The notes under the pieces are model-generated. The model ran no database searches. It saw only the letters and a list, made by a program, of their open reading frames with translations, and was not told the DNA's origin. The position numbers and the translations under genes were made by a program. A stretch of DNA of 64,000 nt, taken from positions 13,915 through 77,914 of the forward strand of contig CAYYVQ010000003.1 in the NCBI GenBank assembly GCA_964475205.1, written 5' to 3'. Origin of the DNA: an uncultured Victivallales bacterium (GTDB lineage: Bacteria; Verrucomicrobiota; Kiritimatiellia; UBA8416; CAYSRM01). This document shows, piece by piece, positions 46,846 to 55,315 of this stretch. Each line of letters begins with the position of its first letter. Position 1 is the first letter of the stretch.

Positions 46846-48327
46846 TCAGCGGTCAGCCTGCTTTTCTTCCTCTGCTTTTTTCTGAAGTTCATCCGTGTTT
46901 ACGCCATGGTTGCGCAGTTTTTCCAGGACTGTCTTGTTTTCCGGATCGAGGATGAAGCTCTTTTCCCAATTAGACAGGGCTTTTTGTGTCTTGCCCAGCT
47001 TTCGGTATATGTCTCCGAGGTGCTCCAGGAGAACAGGATCTTCGCCCATCAACTCCAGCGCCAGTTTGATTTCATCACGGGCTTTTTCAAACTTTCCCTG
47101 TTTGTAGTATATCCATCCGAGAGTGTCAACGTATGCTCCGTTTTCCGGTTCTGCTTTCAAAGCCACCCGGACATAATCGAGAGCCTTGTCGAGGTTGGTG
47201 TTGTTTTCCGCCCAGGTATAGGCGATGAAATTGTGCGCCTGGTGGGACCCGGGATACTTGCGCAGGGATTCTTTTACAATGGCTATTGCCTGTTCGGGTT
47301 TTCCTGTCTTGTCCAGAACTGCGCCATAGTGCAGGTAAAACTCCAGTGGCGGTGGTTTTATGTTGTCGGATTCTTCCCATGCCTGCAAGGCCTTTTCGAA
47401 AGTTTCGATTGATTCGATGTGCATTTTTTCTATGGAGTATAACTGTGCAAGCCGGTACAGGATCGGGAAGTCGTCTTTGAACCTTTTTGTTGCCGACTCG
47501 AGAAAGCGGATGGATTTTTTATAATCTTGTGCGCTGTAAACGGCTGCCAGTTTTATTACCGGATCCGGACTATCCGGATTGGCTGCCGCGGCTTTTCTCA
47601 GAAAGTCGGCGCCCTTTTCGAGGTTGCCCGCAGAAACATACAACTCACCAAGGATTTCCTGGAAGTGTGCTTTTCTTTCGCCTGCATGTTCCCCCATGAG
47701 TTCGAAGAATGGAATAGCCTGCCGGATCTGTTTTGCCTGGATATGCCGCAAAGCTATGTTATAGCAGTATGACATGACCGGTTTTTTGTCCGGAAGATTA
47801 TTCATAGCCGTCTGCAGAGTTTGTAAGGCCTCTTTGTCATTGTTGTTTATGACATGTATGGCGGCGAGCTGCCGGTAGAGTTCCCAGTTGTCGGGAGCGA
47901 GATCAATGGCCGCGTTGTACTGGCCGGTTGCCTTCTTATGTTCCCCCCTGCCAAGGTAGATCAATGCCAGGGAAATCCTTGGTTCCGGGTCGGAAGGGTT
48001 TTGCCTGACCGCCTCTTCCAGGATGTCTAATGCTTTTTCGTGCTTGTTGTTCCTCATGCATAGTCCCGCGGCATGAGTGTACAGTCCGAGTGTGGCGGGA
48101 TCTTTTTCGATTGCCGCTTCGAGGTGCCAAAGCGCCTTGCTGGTGTCGGGCGCAGAGCTTTCTTCGTGCAGCAGCGCAGCGCCGTAGTGGGCAAGCGCGT
48201 CAACAAGACGTTCCTGGTTTTTTTTGAGCTGTGCGCCCCCGGGCTCAATCTTTTCACCCGGGCGCAGCGAGCCGCAACCTGCAGTGCAGACCAGCGCGGT
48301 TGCAAAAAACCATTTTAAGAAGGTCAT
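46846..48327 (-). CDS. TPR-repeat lipoprotein
   Basis: Lipobox TAGC; tandem TPRs; NFIAYTWAE, DTLGW, EHLGD. Confidence 0.88.
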   Translation of the reverse strand: MTFLKWFFATALVCTAGCGSLRPGEKIEPGGAQLKKNQERLVDALAHYGAALLHEESSAPDTSKALWHLEAAIEKDPATLGLYTHAAGLCMRNNKHEKALDILEEAVRQNPSDPEPRISLALIYLGRGEHKKATGQYNAAIDLAPDNWELYRQLAAIHVINNNDKEALQTLQTAMNNLPDKKPVMSYCYNIALRHIQAKQIRQAIPFFELMGEHAGERKAHFQEILGELYVSAGNLEKGADFLRKAAAANPDSPDPVIKLAAVYSAQDYKKSIRFLESATKRFKDDFPILYRLAQLYSIEKMHIESIETFEKALQAWEESDNIKPPPLEFYLHYGAVLDKTGKPEQAIAIVKESLRKYPGSHQAHNFIAYTWAENNTNLDKALDYVRVALKAEPENGAYVDTLGWIYYKQGKFEKARDEIKLALELMGEDPVLLEHLGDIYRKLGKTQKALSNWEKSFILDPENKTVLEKLRNHGVNTDELQKKAEEEKQADR

Positions 48328-48347
48328 ACAAATATCTTTGCAGATGA

Positions 48348-48437
48348 CTATTTATTCTTGTGTCTGTTTTCTTTTTTCCGTTTGCGGTACTTGTGTTTTG
48401 TGATCTTTTTTGACCGCTTCTTTTTGATTGATCCCAC
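48348..48437 (-). CDS. Small basic ribosomal protein bS22/mS38-like (AURKAIP1/COX24 domain), 29 aa; not in ORF track
   Basis: AAGGAGG RBS, GTG start, MGSIKKKRSKKITKHKYRKRKKENRHKNK, TAG stop. Confidence 0.85.
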   Translation of the reverse strand: MGSIKKKRSKKITKHKYRKRKKENRHKNK

Positions 48438-48473
48438 GTTTTTTCCTCCTTGTGGATCTGATTGTCGGGTCTG

Positions 48474-49346
48474 TCAGGGGATGACCTTGTTTAACGGCAA
48501 CTCAATTATGCCTTCAGCTCCGGCGTCTTTGAGCTCCGGTATTATCTTCCTGACTACCCGTTCTTCTATTACAGATTCGATGGCTATCCATCCTTCAGTG
48601 TCCAGGCAGTTTATTGTCGGCGCATGGAGAGAGGGAAGGATCTCGGTAATTTTTTTCACGTCCTGCTGTTTTGCGTTGAGTTTGATCACCACCCTGCTTT
48701 CTGCGCGCAGGGCTCCTTCAAGCAACATGGATATTTGCTCGATCTTTTTTCTCTTCCATGAGTCTTTCCATGCATCGTGATTTGCTATCAGCCTGGTTGT
48801 TGATTCCAGGACGGTCGCAAGTATCCGCAGGTTGTTGGCTCTGAGCGAGCTGCCTGTTTCAGTCAATTCCACTATTGCATCGACCAGTTCGGGTGTTTTC
48901 GCTTCAGTCGCTCCCCATGAAAATTCCACATCAGCTTCTATATTGTTTTCTGCAAGGAATTTTTGAGTCAGTCCGACAGCTTCAGTTGCTATGCGTTTTC
49001 CATTGAGGTCTGTAAGTGATTTGATTTCTGAGTCCAGGGGTACTGCGACCACCCACTTGACTGGGCGGAGCCCCTGCTTTGCGTAGATGAGTTCGCAGAC
49101 TTCAAAAACAGAGGAATCGTTTTCGGTTATCCAGTCGTAGCCGGTCATTCCGGCGTCCAGCGCTCCCGATTCGACGTATCGGCTGATTTCCTGTGCGCGA
49201 ACCAGTCTCGCATCTATTGTGTCGTCGTCAATATCAGGGACATACGACCTTGACCCGGCGCTCACATTGAAGCCGGCCTTCTTCATCATGCTGAAGGTCG
49301 CATCCTGCAGGCTGCCTTTAGGCAGTCCTAGTGTTAGTCTATTCAT
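48474..49346 (-). CDS. hisG: ATP phosphoribosyltransferase (long form)
   Basis: LPKGSL, SWGATE, ELTETGSSLRAN, C-terminal regulatory domain GAEGI. Confidence 0.96.
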   Translation of the reverse strand: MNRLTLGLPKGSLQDATFSMMKKAGFNVSAGSRSYVPDIDDDTIDARLVRAQEISRYVESGALDAGMTGYDWITENDSSVFEVCELIYAKQGLRPVKWVVAVPLDSEIKSLTDLNGKRIATEAVGLTQKFLAENNIEADVEFSWGATEAKTPELVDAIVELTETGSSLRANNLRILATVLESTTRLIANHDAWKDSWKRKKIEQISMLLEGALRAESRVVIKLNAKQQDVKKITEILPSLHAPTINCLDTEGWIAIESVIEERVVRKIIPELKDAGAEGIIELPLNKVIP

Positions 49347-49503
49347 GTCTTGTCTCCGATTCTTTCCTGCTTTGGGACGCGGTAATATTATTCAGCATTG
49401 CCAATGAGTCAAGGGGTTTACCCGTTTTTTGTCAGAGATTTACGCAAATTGATTTTATGGCAACCTGTTGTTGAAGGTCCGAAGAGACCTTTTAAGAGGC
49501 TTT

Positions 49504-50151
49504 TCAAGATATTCCAGGTGCAATGTTTACGCGACGGCCTTTAACGCTTAAGCGCCCCTCGGCAATGAGCTGTAGGGCGTCCGGGTATGCCTTGTGTTCC
49601 TGTTTCTGGATTCTCGCGTGCAGTGATTCCGGGGTGTCATCCTCGAGAACAGGCACGGATTTCTGTATTATTATAGGCCCGGTATCGGTGCCTTCGTCCA
49701 CAATGTGGACTGTGCAACCTGTAATCTTGACTCCGTAGTTGATGGCCTGGGTCCAGCTTTCGACGCCTGGAAAGGCAGGCAGCAATGAAGGGTGGATATT
49801 AAGTATGCGGTGCTTGTATGCCTGCAATAACCCTGATTTGACAATACGCATGAATCCGGCCAGGGCAACAACCTGAGTCTGGTGTTTTTCGAGGCGCTTG
49901 AGGTACTCTTCTTCGGCCCTGCCTTCAAGCTTGGTCTGGAACGGTTCACCTGAGATGAAGTAAGTCGGTATTTTCCGTTTTCGGGATCTTTCCATAGCGC
50001 GGGCATTTTTTATGTCTGAGATTACACATACTACTTCCGCGTGTAGCGCGCCTGAATCTATAGCGTCAATTATAGCCTGCAGGTTTGTGCCCGAACCTGA
50101 AGCCAGTACCCCGATTTTAAGCGGTTTTCTTTTTTGAGCTTCTTTTTGCAT
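49504..50151 (-). CDS. purN: Phosphoribosylglycinamide formyltransferase
   Basis: SGSGTNLQ, LAGFMR, NIHPSLLP, GCTVH, DTGPII. Confidence 0.97.
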   Translation of the reverse strand: MQKEAQKRKPLKIGVLASGSGTNLQAIIDAIDSGALHAEVVCVISDIKNARAMERSRKRKIPTYFISGEPFQTKLEGRAEEEYLKRLEKHQTQVVALAGFMRIVKSGLLQAYKHRILNIHPSLLPAFPGVESWTQAINYGVKITGCTVHIVDEGTDTGPIIIQKSVPVLEDDTPESLHARIQKQEHKAYPDALQLIAEGRLSVKGRRVNIAPGIS

Positions 50152-50210
50152 AGGTTATTAGTGTCAGAGCCAGGGGCGTGAGGTGTCAAGAGTTTTTGTG
50201 TCAGTGCGGC

Positions 50211-50238
50211 TTGACTAAGAAAAAAAATGGGTTATTCT
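50211..50238 (+). promoter_or_regulatory. Putative sigma70 promoter of tRNA-Val
   Basis: TTGACT-N16-TATTCT just upstream of the tRNA. Confidence 0.45.
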
Positions 50239-50254
50239 ACATCTTTCCTTGTCA

Positions 50255-50328
50255 GGGCGGTTAGCTCAGTTGGCCAGAGCGCCAGCTTTACACGCTGGAC
50301 GTCGGGGGTTCGAGTCCCTCACCGCCCA
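50255..50328 (+). tRNA. tRNA-Val(TAC), CCA not encoded
   Basis: Acceptor stem gggcggt/accgccc, D arm gctc/gagc, anticodon arm ccagc-tt-TAC-ac-gctgg, T loop ttcgagt. Confidence 0.97.
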
Positions 50329-50440
50329 TATTCCTGAAGAAAGAGCCGATTTTTTTCTCTTTTGGTTGACATGCCTGCGGCAAGTGCGATTCTCATAGTA
50401 AAGCAAATGGTTCAGACAGGCCATTGTCGGAGTACATAAA

Positions 50441-52732
50441 ATGGCAGAGGAAAATGAAGCGTTTAAAATCTCATACAAATGGGACGAGCTTAGCGAGGAA
50501 GAGCGCGGGCGGCTGCGCCGGGTACTGCCCCAGGGGCTTTCAATAAGGCTTGCCGCATATTCAGATCTTTGTATTTACGGGACTTACGGGCAGAGCGTTC
50601 TGATCGTGACTGATAAGGAATTTCTTGTTGAGGAGAAGAACCGGGTTTTAAAGAGCGTCGAGCTTTCAGATGTTGCCGCGGTTTACTATGGCGATTTCGT
50701 AGGCAACGGTGTGCTGGGCGTGACCACGCGCAATGAGGAGCGGATCGAGCTTGTTCGCTATTCAAGGACCTTATCTGAATCTTTTGAAGCTCTCTGCGGT
50801 GAACTTAACAGCGATCTGGGTGTCAAGAGAAGCAAGGCCGAGGAGCAAAAGGACGAACTTGCCAAGATTGCGGGGGCGAAGGAGGAACGGGAAGCCTACA
50901 GGTGTCCCAAATGCGGGCATCCGTTGCAATACCCGACTGATCCATGTCCATTCTGCACCAGTAAGCGCAAAATTCTTGGTCGGCTTGGCGGTTATCTTGC
51001 AGGGCACAAGCGGCTGGTGCTAATAGGACTTCTGACGAGCATTGCTGTTGTGGCGGTGAATTTGAGCCCGCCACTCCTTGTCCGGCTGCTTATCGACAAG
51101 GTTCTACACAAACCGGATCTGCCTCAGGATGTGCGGCTCAACAGGGTCTCCATTCTCGTAGGGGCCTTCTTTGCGCTCATTGTATTCCGTTTTATAGTGC
51201 AGCATATAAGGATCAAGACCATGGGGCAGCTTGCTGCTACGGTGGTGATGGATCTGAGGCGCGATCTTTTTCGATCTCTACAGAGATTGAGCCTGAGTTA
51301 TTATGACAACGAGCACACCGGAAGGATTATGTCTAGGGTCCTGAGCGATACCAGGCATGTCCAGCAATTCGTGGTTCAGGGAATGCAGCGGATGGCCGTC
51401 CAGCTTCTCATGGTGATAGGTATTCCGCTGATAATGTTTCTGGAGCATTGGAAACTTGCGCTGATAGCGCTGGCGCCCATTCCGATTGCCGCGTTAATGG
51501 GCAAGATTTTTTCCGAACGCTACAAGACCGTGTTTCGCGTACTGAAGAGGCGCTTTGCGTCTTTATCCGCCGCGGTTTCGGATACAGTTTCTGGGATAAG
51601 GGTTGTTAAGTCCTTCACAAGTGAAGACCGGGAAATGAAGGCCTTTGACGTGAAAACCAGGGACATTTATGATGCTCACATGGCCGCTGCCGGGACCCGG
51701 GCGTTATTCAATCCGTCGGTGCTCTTTATAATGACTATGGGTACGATTGTCGTCTGGCTTGTTGGCGGGCGTTGGGTGATCCTCGGGGTGGGAGCGCTTA
51801 CAACGGGAATGCTGATCCAGTTCATTTCGTATATGAATCAGTTGTATAATCCGGTTCAACAGCTTATCCAGTTGGCGGAGGTACTGCAGCAGAGCGCTAC
51901 TTCCGCTGAGAGGGTATTCAGCATAATGGATATGCCTTCGGATGTGGGGGACCGAAAAGACGCAAGGGAACTCACCGATATTCAAGGAAAAGTTGAGGTT
52001 CAGGATGTATCTTTCCGTTATGGAGACGGGAAGAAGGTCCTGAAGAATGTTGATTTTACTATTGAGCCCGGGGAGATGATTGGTCTTGTCGGCGAAACGG
52101 GATCGGGCAAGAGTACTCTCGTCTCGCTGATTTGCAGGTTCTACGATCCGACTGAAGGAAGCATATTGCTTGATGGGGTTGATCTGCGCAACATCAGGGT
52201 GAAGAGTCTGCGCAGTAATATTGGCATGGTGCTGCAGAGCACATATCTTTTTGCCGGGACTATTCGGAACAATATAGCGTATGGCAGACCGGAGGCAAGC
52301 GAGCGGGAGATTATCGCCGCGACCAGGGCGGCGAATGCGCATGACTTCATAATGAACCTGCCTGACGGCTATGATTCGGAAGTGGGCGAGCAGGGTCGAG
52401 GCCTTTCCGGCGGCGAGAAACAGCGGATTGCGATTGCGCGAGCAATATTGAAGGATCCGCCCATACTCATTTTAGATGAAGCCACCTCCGCGGTTGACAC
52501 TGCCACTGAACAGGCTATACAGGAAGCAATGGACAGGCTTGTATCCGGGCGCACGACCATTGCTATAGCCCACAGGCTTTCGACTTTGCGGAATGCGAAG
52601 ACGCTGTATGTGCTTGAAGATGGCGAGGTAATTGAAAGGGGCAGCCACGAGGAATTGATGGTTTCGAATGGCAAATATGCCAGCTTGTGCAGGATACAGG
52701 CTGAATTCTCTGAGCATCTTGAGGTTACGTGA
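50441..52732 (+). CDS. ABC exporter (fused TMD+NBD) with N-terminal extension and CxxC/CxxC motif
   Basis: CPKC...CPFC; TM helices; GETGSGKS, LSGGEKQR, ILDEATS, IAHRLST. Confidence 0.93.
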   Translation: MAEENEAFKISYKWDELSEEERGRLRRVLPQGLSIRLAAYSDLCIYGTYGQSVLIVTDKEFLVEEKNRVLKSVELSDVAAVYYGDFVGNGVLGVTTRNEERIELVRYSRTLSESFEALCGELNSDLGVKRSKAEEQKDELAKIAGAKEEREAYRCPKCGHPLQYPTDPCPFCTSKRKILGRLGGYLAGHKRLVLIGLLTSIAVVAVNLSPPLLVRLLIDKVLHKPDLPQDVRLNRVSILVGAFFALIVFRFIVQHIRIKTMGQLAATVVMDLRRDLFRSLQRLSLSYYDNEHTGRIMSRVLSDTRHVQQFVVQGMQRMAVQLLMVIGIPLIMFLEHWKLALIALAPIPIAALMGKIFSERYKTVFRVLKRRFASLSAAVSDTVSGIRVVKSFTSEDREMKAFDVKTRDIYDAHMAAAGTRALFNPSVLFIMTMGTIVVWLVGGRWVILGVGALTTGMLIQFISYMNQLYNPVQQLIQLAEVLQQSATSAERVFSIMDMPSDVGDRKDARELTDIQGKVEVQDVSFRYGDGKKVLKNVDFTIEPGEMIGLVGETGSGKSTLVSLICRFYDPTEGSILLDGVDLRNIRVKSLRSNIGMVLQSTYLFAGTIRNNIAYGRPEASEREIIAATRAANAHDFIMNLPDGYDSEVGEQGRGLSGGEKQRIAIARAILKDPPILILDEATSAVDTATEQAIQEAMDRLVSGRTTIAIAHRLSTLRNAKTLYVLEDGEVIERGSHEELMVSNGKYASLCRIQAEFSEHLEVT

Positions 52733-52746
52733 AAAAAAGTTGATTT

Positions 52747-53259
52747 ATGAATATCGGACACAACACAAGTGAATATGGCCGGATGACAATATCTGGTAAA
52801 GATGTCAAGTGCAGCCGCGATACGAACGGTCGTTTAGTTCTGCATGTCGGCGAAAAGGAGATTATCGGAGCTCATGTTGTTGCCGCATTTCCTCTGAGCT
52901 GTTGGGGGAGCATGATTTCCGTTCGTGATGAAGGTGGAACTGAAGTCGGAATGATAGACCATATAGGCAATCTTAACCCCAGGTCCAGGCAGATAATGAA
53001 AACCGAATTGGAGAAGAGTTATTTCATGCCGCGGATCCGGGACATACTGTTCTGTGAAGAAAAGCTGGACGTGATTACCATGGAAGTTGAAACCGATCGC
53101 GGGTGCCGGACGGTGCAGATAAGGAACGTTCGTAAAAACATTAGGAATCTTCCGCATTACAGGGTAGTTATCAAGGATGTGGACGGCAACCGGTATGAGA
53201 TATGCGACTGGACTCAGCTTTCAGGGCCAGCCAGGTCATTCCTGATGCAGTATATATGA
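52747..53259 (+). CDS. DUF1854 domain protein
   Basis: AFPLS, EVGMI, YFMPRI, VETDRG, DVDGNRYEI; usual partner of this ABC type. Confidence 0.85.
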   Translation: MNIGHNTSEYGRMTISGKDVKCSRDTNGRLVLHVGEKEIIGAHVVAAFPLSCWGSMISVRDEGGTEVGMIDHIGNLNPRSRQIMKTELEKSYFMPRIRDILFCEEKLDVITMEVETDRGCRTVQIRNVRKNIRNLPHYRVVIKDVDGNRYEICDWTQLSGPARSFLMQYI

Positions 53260-53460
53260 GGGTAAAAGGGGCGCGGAGTCATTGGTCATTTTCGCCCTTT
53301 GCACGAGTCATTTGCCTGGATGCGCTTATGCGCTCGGGACGTCATTGGGGGAAGATGGGCCGTAATTGTTGTCTGTAAGAGGGCTTTTGAGGGAGTGTGC
53401 TTGACATTGTTGGCTCGAATATGAATATTCAGTGGTTTTTTAAATAAAAAGGGAGGGAAA

Positions 53461-54561
53461 ATGTCAAAATTTATCGGAAGATTGTCTGAAGAGGAGTTAA
53501 AGGCAAAGGAGACTGCGCAAAAGCAGCTTTTGTCGTGGAAACCTGAGAACAAGTTTCTTTGCTGTTTTGATGTGGACGGGCATCTGCTCGATAATATGAC
53601 ATCCAAGCAGATGATTGTCTTTCAGCCGCATTTCATGGATATTTTCGGATTGCGGGATATAGAGACTTTTTATCGGCTGCATGCGGAGCACCATAATCTA
53701 TGGGGCAAGAATCGTGGATGCGACAGGCACGAAGCAAAATCCCTTACCCTTGGTTCTCTCCTGGAAGACCCGCAGCTTGTTCCCGGCCTGGATCAGGGCA
53801 TGAAGGATAAGCTGAAGGGCATCAAAGTTTCCATTGACAAGTATATAGACCATATTGACAAGACAGGTAACGCTTACGGGTTTGATTCGCTGCATGAGTT
53901 CTACAAAGAAAATCCGGATGACGACAACCTGATGCGGCTGCTGGTGTGGAGTAAGGCGTCGGATTTGACGTTTCCTTTTGTGACCATCCCAATGCTGCCT
54001 TTCCCGAAGGTGGCGGAGACTTTTGGTTTTGTGTCATCCGTGGCTGATGTTTTGATTGTTTCCAAAACTCCCTATGTTGACATCTGCAACTGGCTGGAGC
54101 ATCATGAGCTTGACCAGTATGTGACGGCTGTTGCCGGAAAGGAGCAGGGCGGCAAAGATGAGCACATCTGCCTGGCCATGGGCGGAAAATTTGACGCGGC
54201 GACGAAGACAATTGTGGAGCAGGGCAGCAACTATACTCCGGACCACGTGATCATGGGAGGCGATGGCGGCGGAGATCTTAAGGCAGCCAGGAAAAATGGA
54301 GTCTTTTTCTTCCCGACTCCGCCCGGGCACGAGGAAAAGGCTTGGGATGTGGCTCAGGAGGAAGTGTTCCAACCTTTATTCGATGGCAAGTATGCTTCCT
54401 TTGAAATGGCCAAGATCAAAGAATTTGAAGAGGCAATGCTGCCTGTCGGCCCCTGGGAGGAAAAAGGCTACGATCACAAGCGGGAATACAGGAAGCTGCA
54501 ACCGAAACGTCAGCAGCTTTATCAGCAGCTTAAGCCGGGTGGCAGGCTGGCAGACATTTGA
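53461..54561 (+). CDS. HAD-superfamily hydrolase
   Basis: FDVDG motif I, VSKT, K, GD...D motif IV; GGAGG RBS. Confidence 0.85.
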   Translation: MSKFIGRLSEEELKAKETAQKQLLSWKPENKFLCCFDVDGHLLDNMTSKQMIVFQPHFMDIFGLRDIETFYRLHAEHHNLWGKNRGCDRHEAKSLTLGSLLEDPQLVPGLDQGMKDKLKGIKVSIDKYIDHIDKTGNAYGFDSLHEFYKENPDDDNLMRLLVWSKASDLTFPFVTIPMLPFPKVAETFGFVSSVADVLIVSKTPYVDICNWLEHHELDQYVTAVAGKEQGGKDEHICLAMGGKFDAATKTIVEQGSNYTPDHVIMGGDGGGDLKAARKNGVFFFPTPPGHEEKAWDVAQEEVFQPLFDGKYASFEMAKIKEFEEAMLPVGPWEEKGYDHKREYRKLQPKRQQLYQQLKPGGRLADI

Positions 54562-54609
54562 TCTTAAAAGTATGCGCTTTCCGCCGATTGTGCGCCATGT
54601 GAATCCATG

Positions 54610-54647
54610 AAAAAAGCCCGGCCACCGCAAGGTAGCCGGGCTTTTTT
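54610..54647. terminator. Bidirectional intrinsic terminator
   Basis: A6-gcccggc...gccgggc-T6 between convergent genes. Confidence 0.85.
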
Positions 54648-54669
54648 ATACACTCTTTTTGAAAAAAAA

Positions 54670-54843
54670 CTATTCAAGCGTTATAGCGTCATTGGGGCAT
54701 TCATCGACGCAAACACCGCACTCTGTGCAGGTTGCCCCGTCGATTTCCGCTTTATCGTCGTTCATCGAAATAGCTTCCACCGGACAGGCATCGACGCAGA
54801 GGCCGCATCCTGTGCATTTTTCTTTATCAACTTTGGCTGCCAT
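54670..54843 (-). CDS. 2[4Fe-4S] ferredoxin, 57 aa; not in ORF track
   Basis: AAGGAG RBS; MAAKVDKEKCTGCGLCVDACPVEAISMNDDKAEIDGATCTECGVCVDECPNDAITLE, with two CxxCxxCxxxCP motifs. Confidence 0.95.
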   Translation of the reverse strand: MAAKVDKEKCTGCGLCVDACPVEAISMNDDKAEIDGATCTECGVCVDECPNDAITLE

Positions 54844-55094
54844 GGATTACTCCTTTCTTTGTATATTAAGTAGATCCTCCTTTCAGCCGACTAAGGCAGG
54901 ACCTGATTACACAACAATAGATCGGGAATTATAGGATGCGATGCAGGCACACTGCAACATAAATTCTTGTAGTTTATGAGTGTGCGTATTCGGCTGATAA
55001 CAGTATGTGGATCGTCGGAAACGCTGCTGCGCCTGGATGAAATTGTTGAGATTGAATCCGCTTGAAGGAAATTGCATCTTTACGGCGTAGTGCC

Positions 55095-55214
55095 GAATGG
55101 CGCTTAGATAACGCTGTTTGGGATTGAATTTGACGATGGGCATGGAAAATCCTTCACACACAGGACGCGCGGTGAAACTATACGCTTTGAAAAGGGCTTA
55201 ACTAAGCGCCATTC
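55095..55214. mobile_element. MITE family C (120 bp) with perfect 12-bp target-site duplication
   Basis: TIR gaatggcgcttag / ctaagcgccattc flanked by direct repeats cggcgtagtgcc (55083-55094 and 55215-55226). Confidence 0.92.
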
Positions 55215-55315
55215 CGGCGTAGTGCCCAAATATCATGAGCTTGCGAGAGTTGGGCAACACGCCGTTTACTGTTCTGTTTTCTTGAATTCGTTCGGAAAAT
55301 CGCGCAATATGCCGC

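Noticed and set aside
50255-50328. tRNA-Val as a genomic island attachment site
   Set aside because: No integrase, and I saw no duplicated tRNA 3' end in the window.
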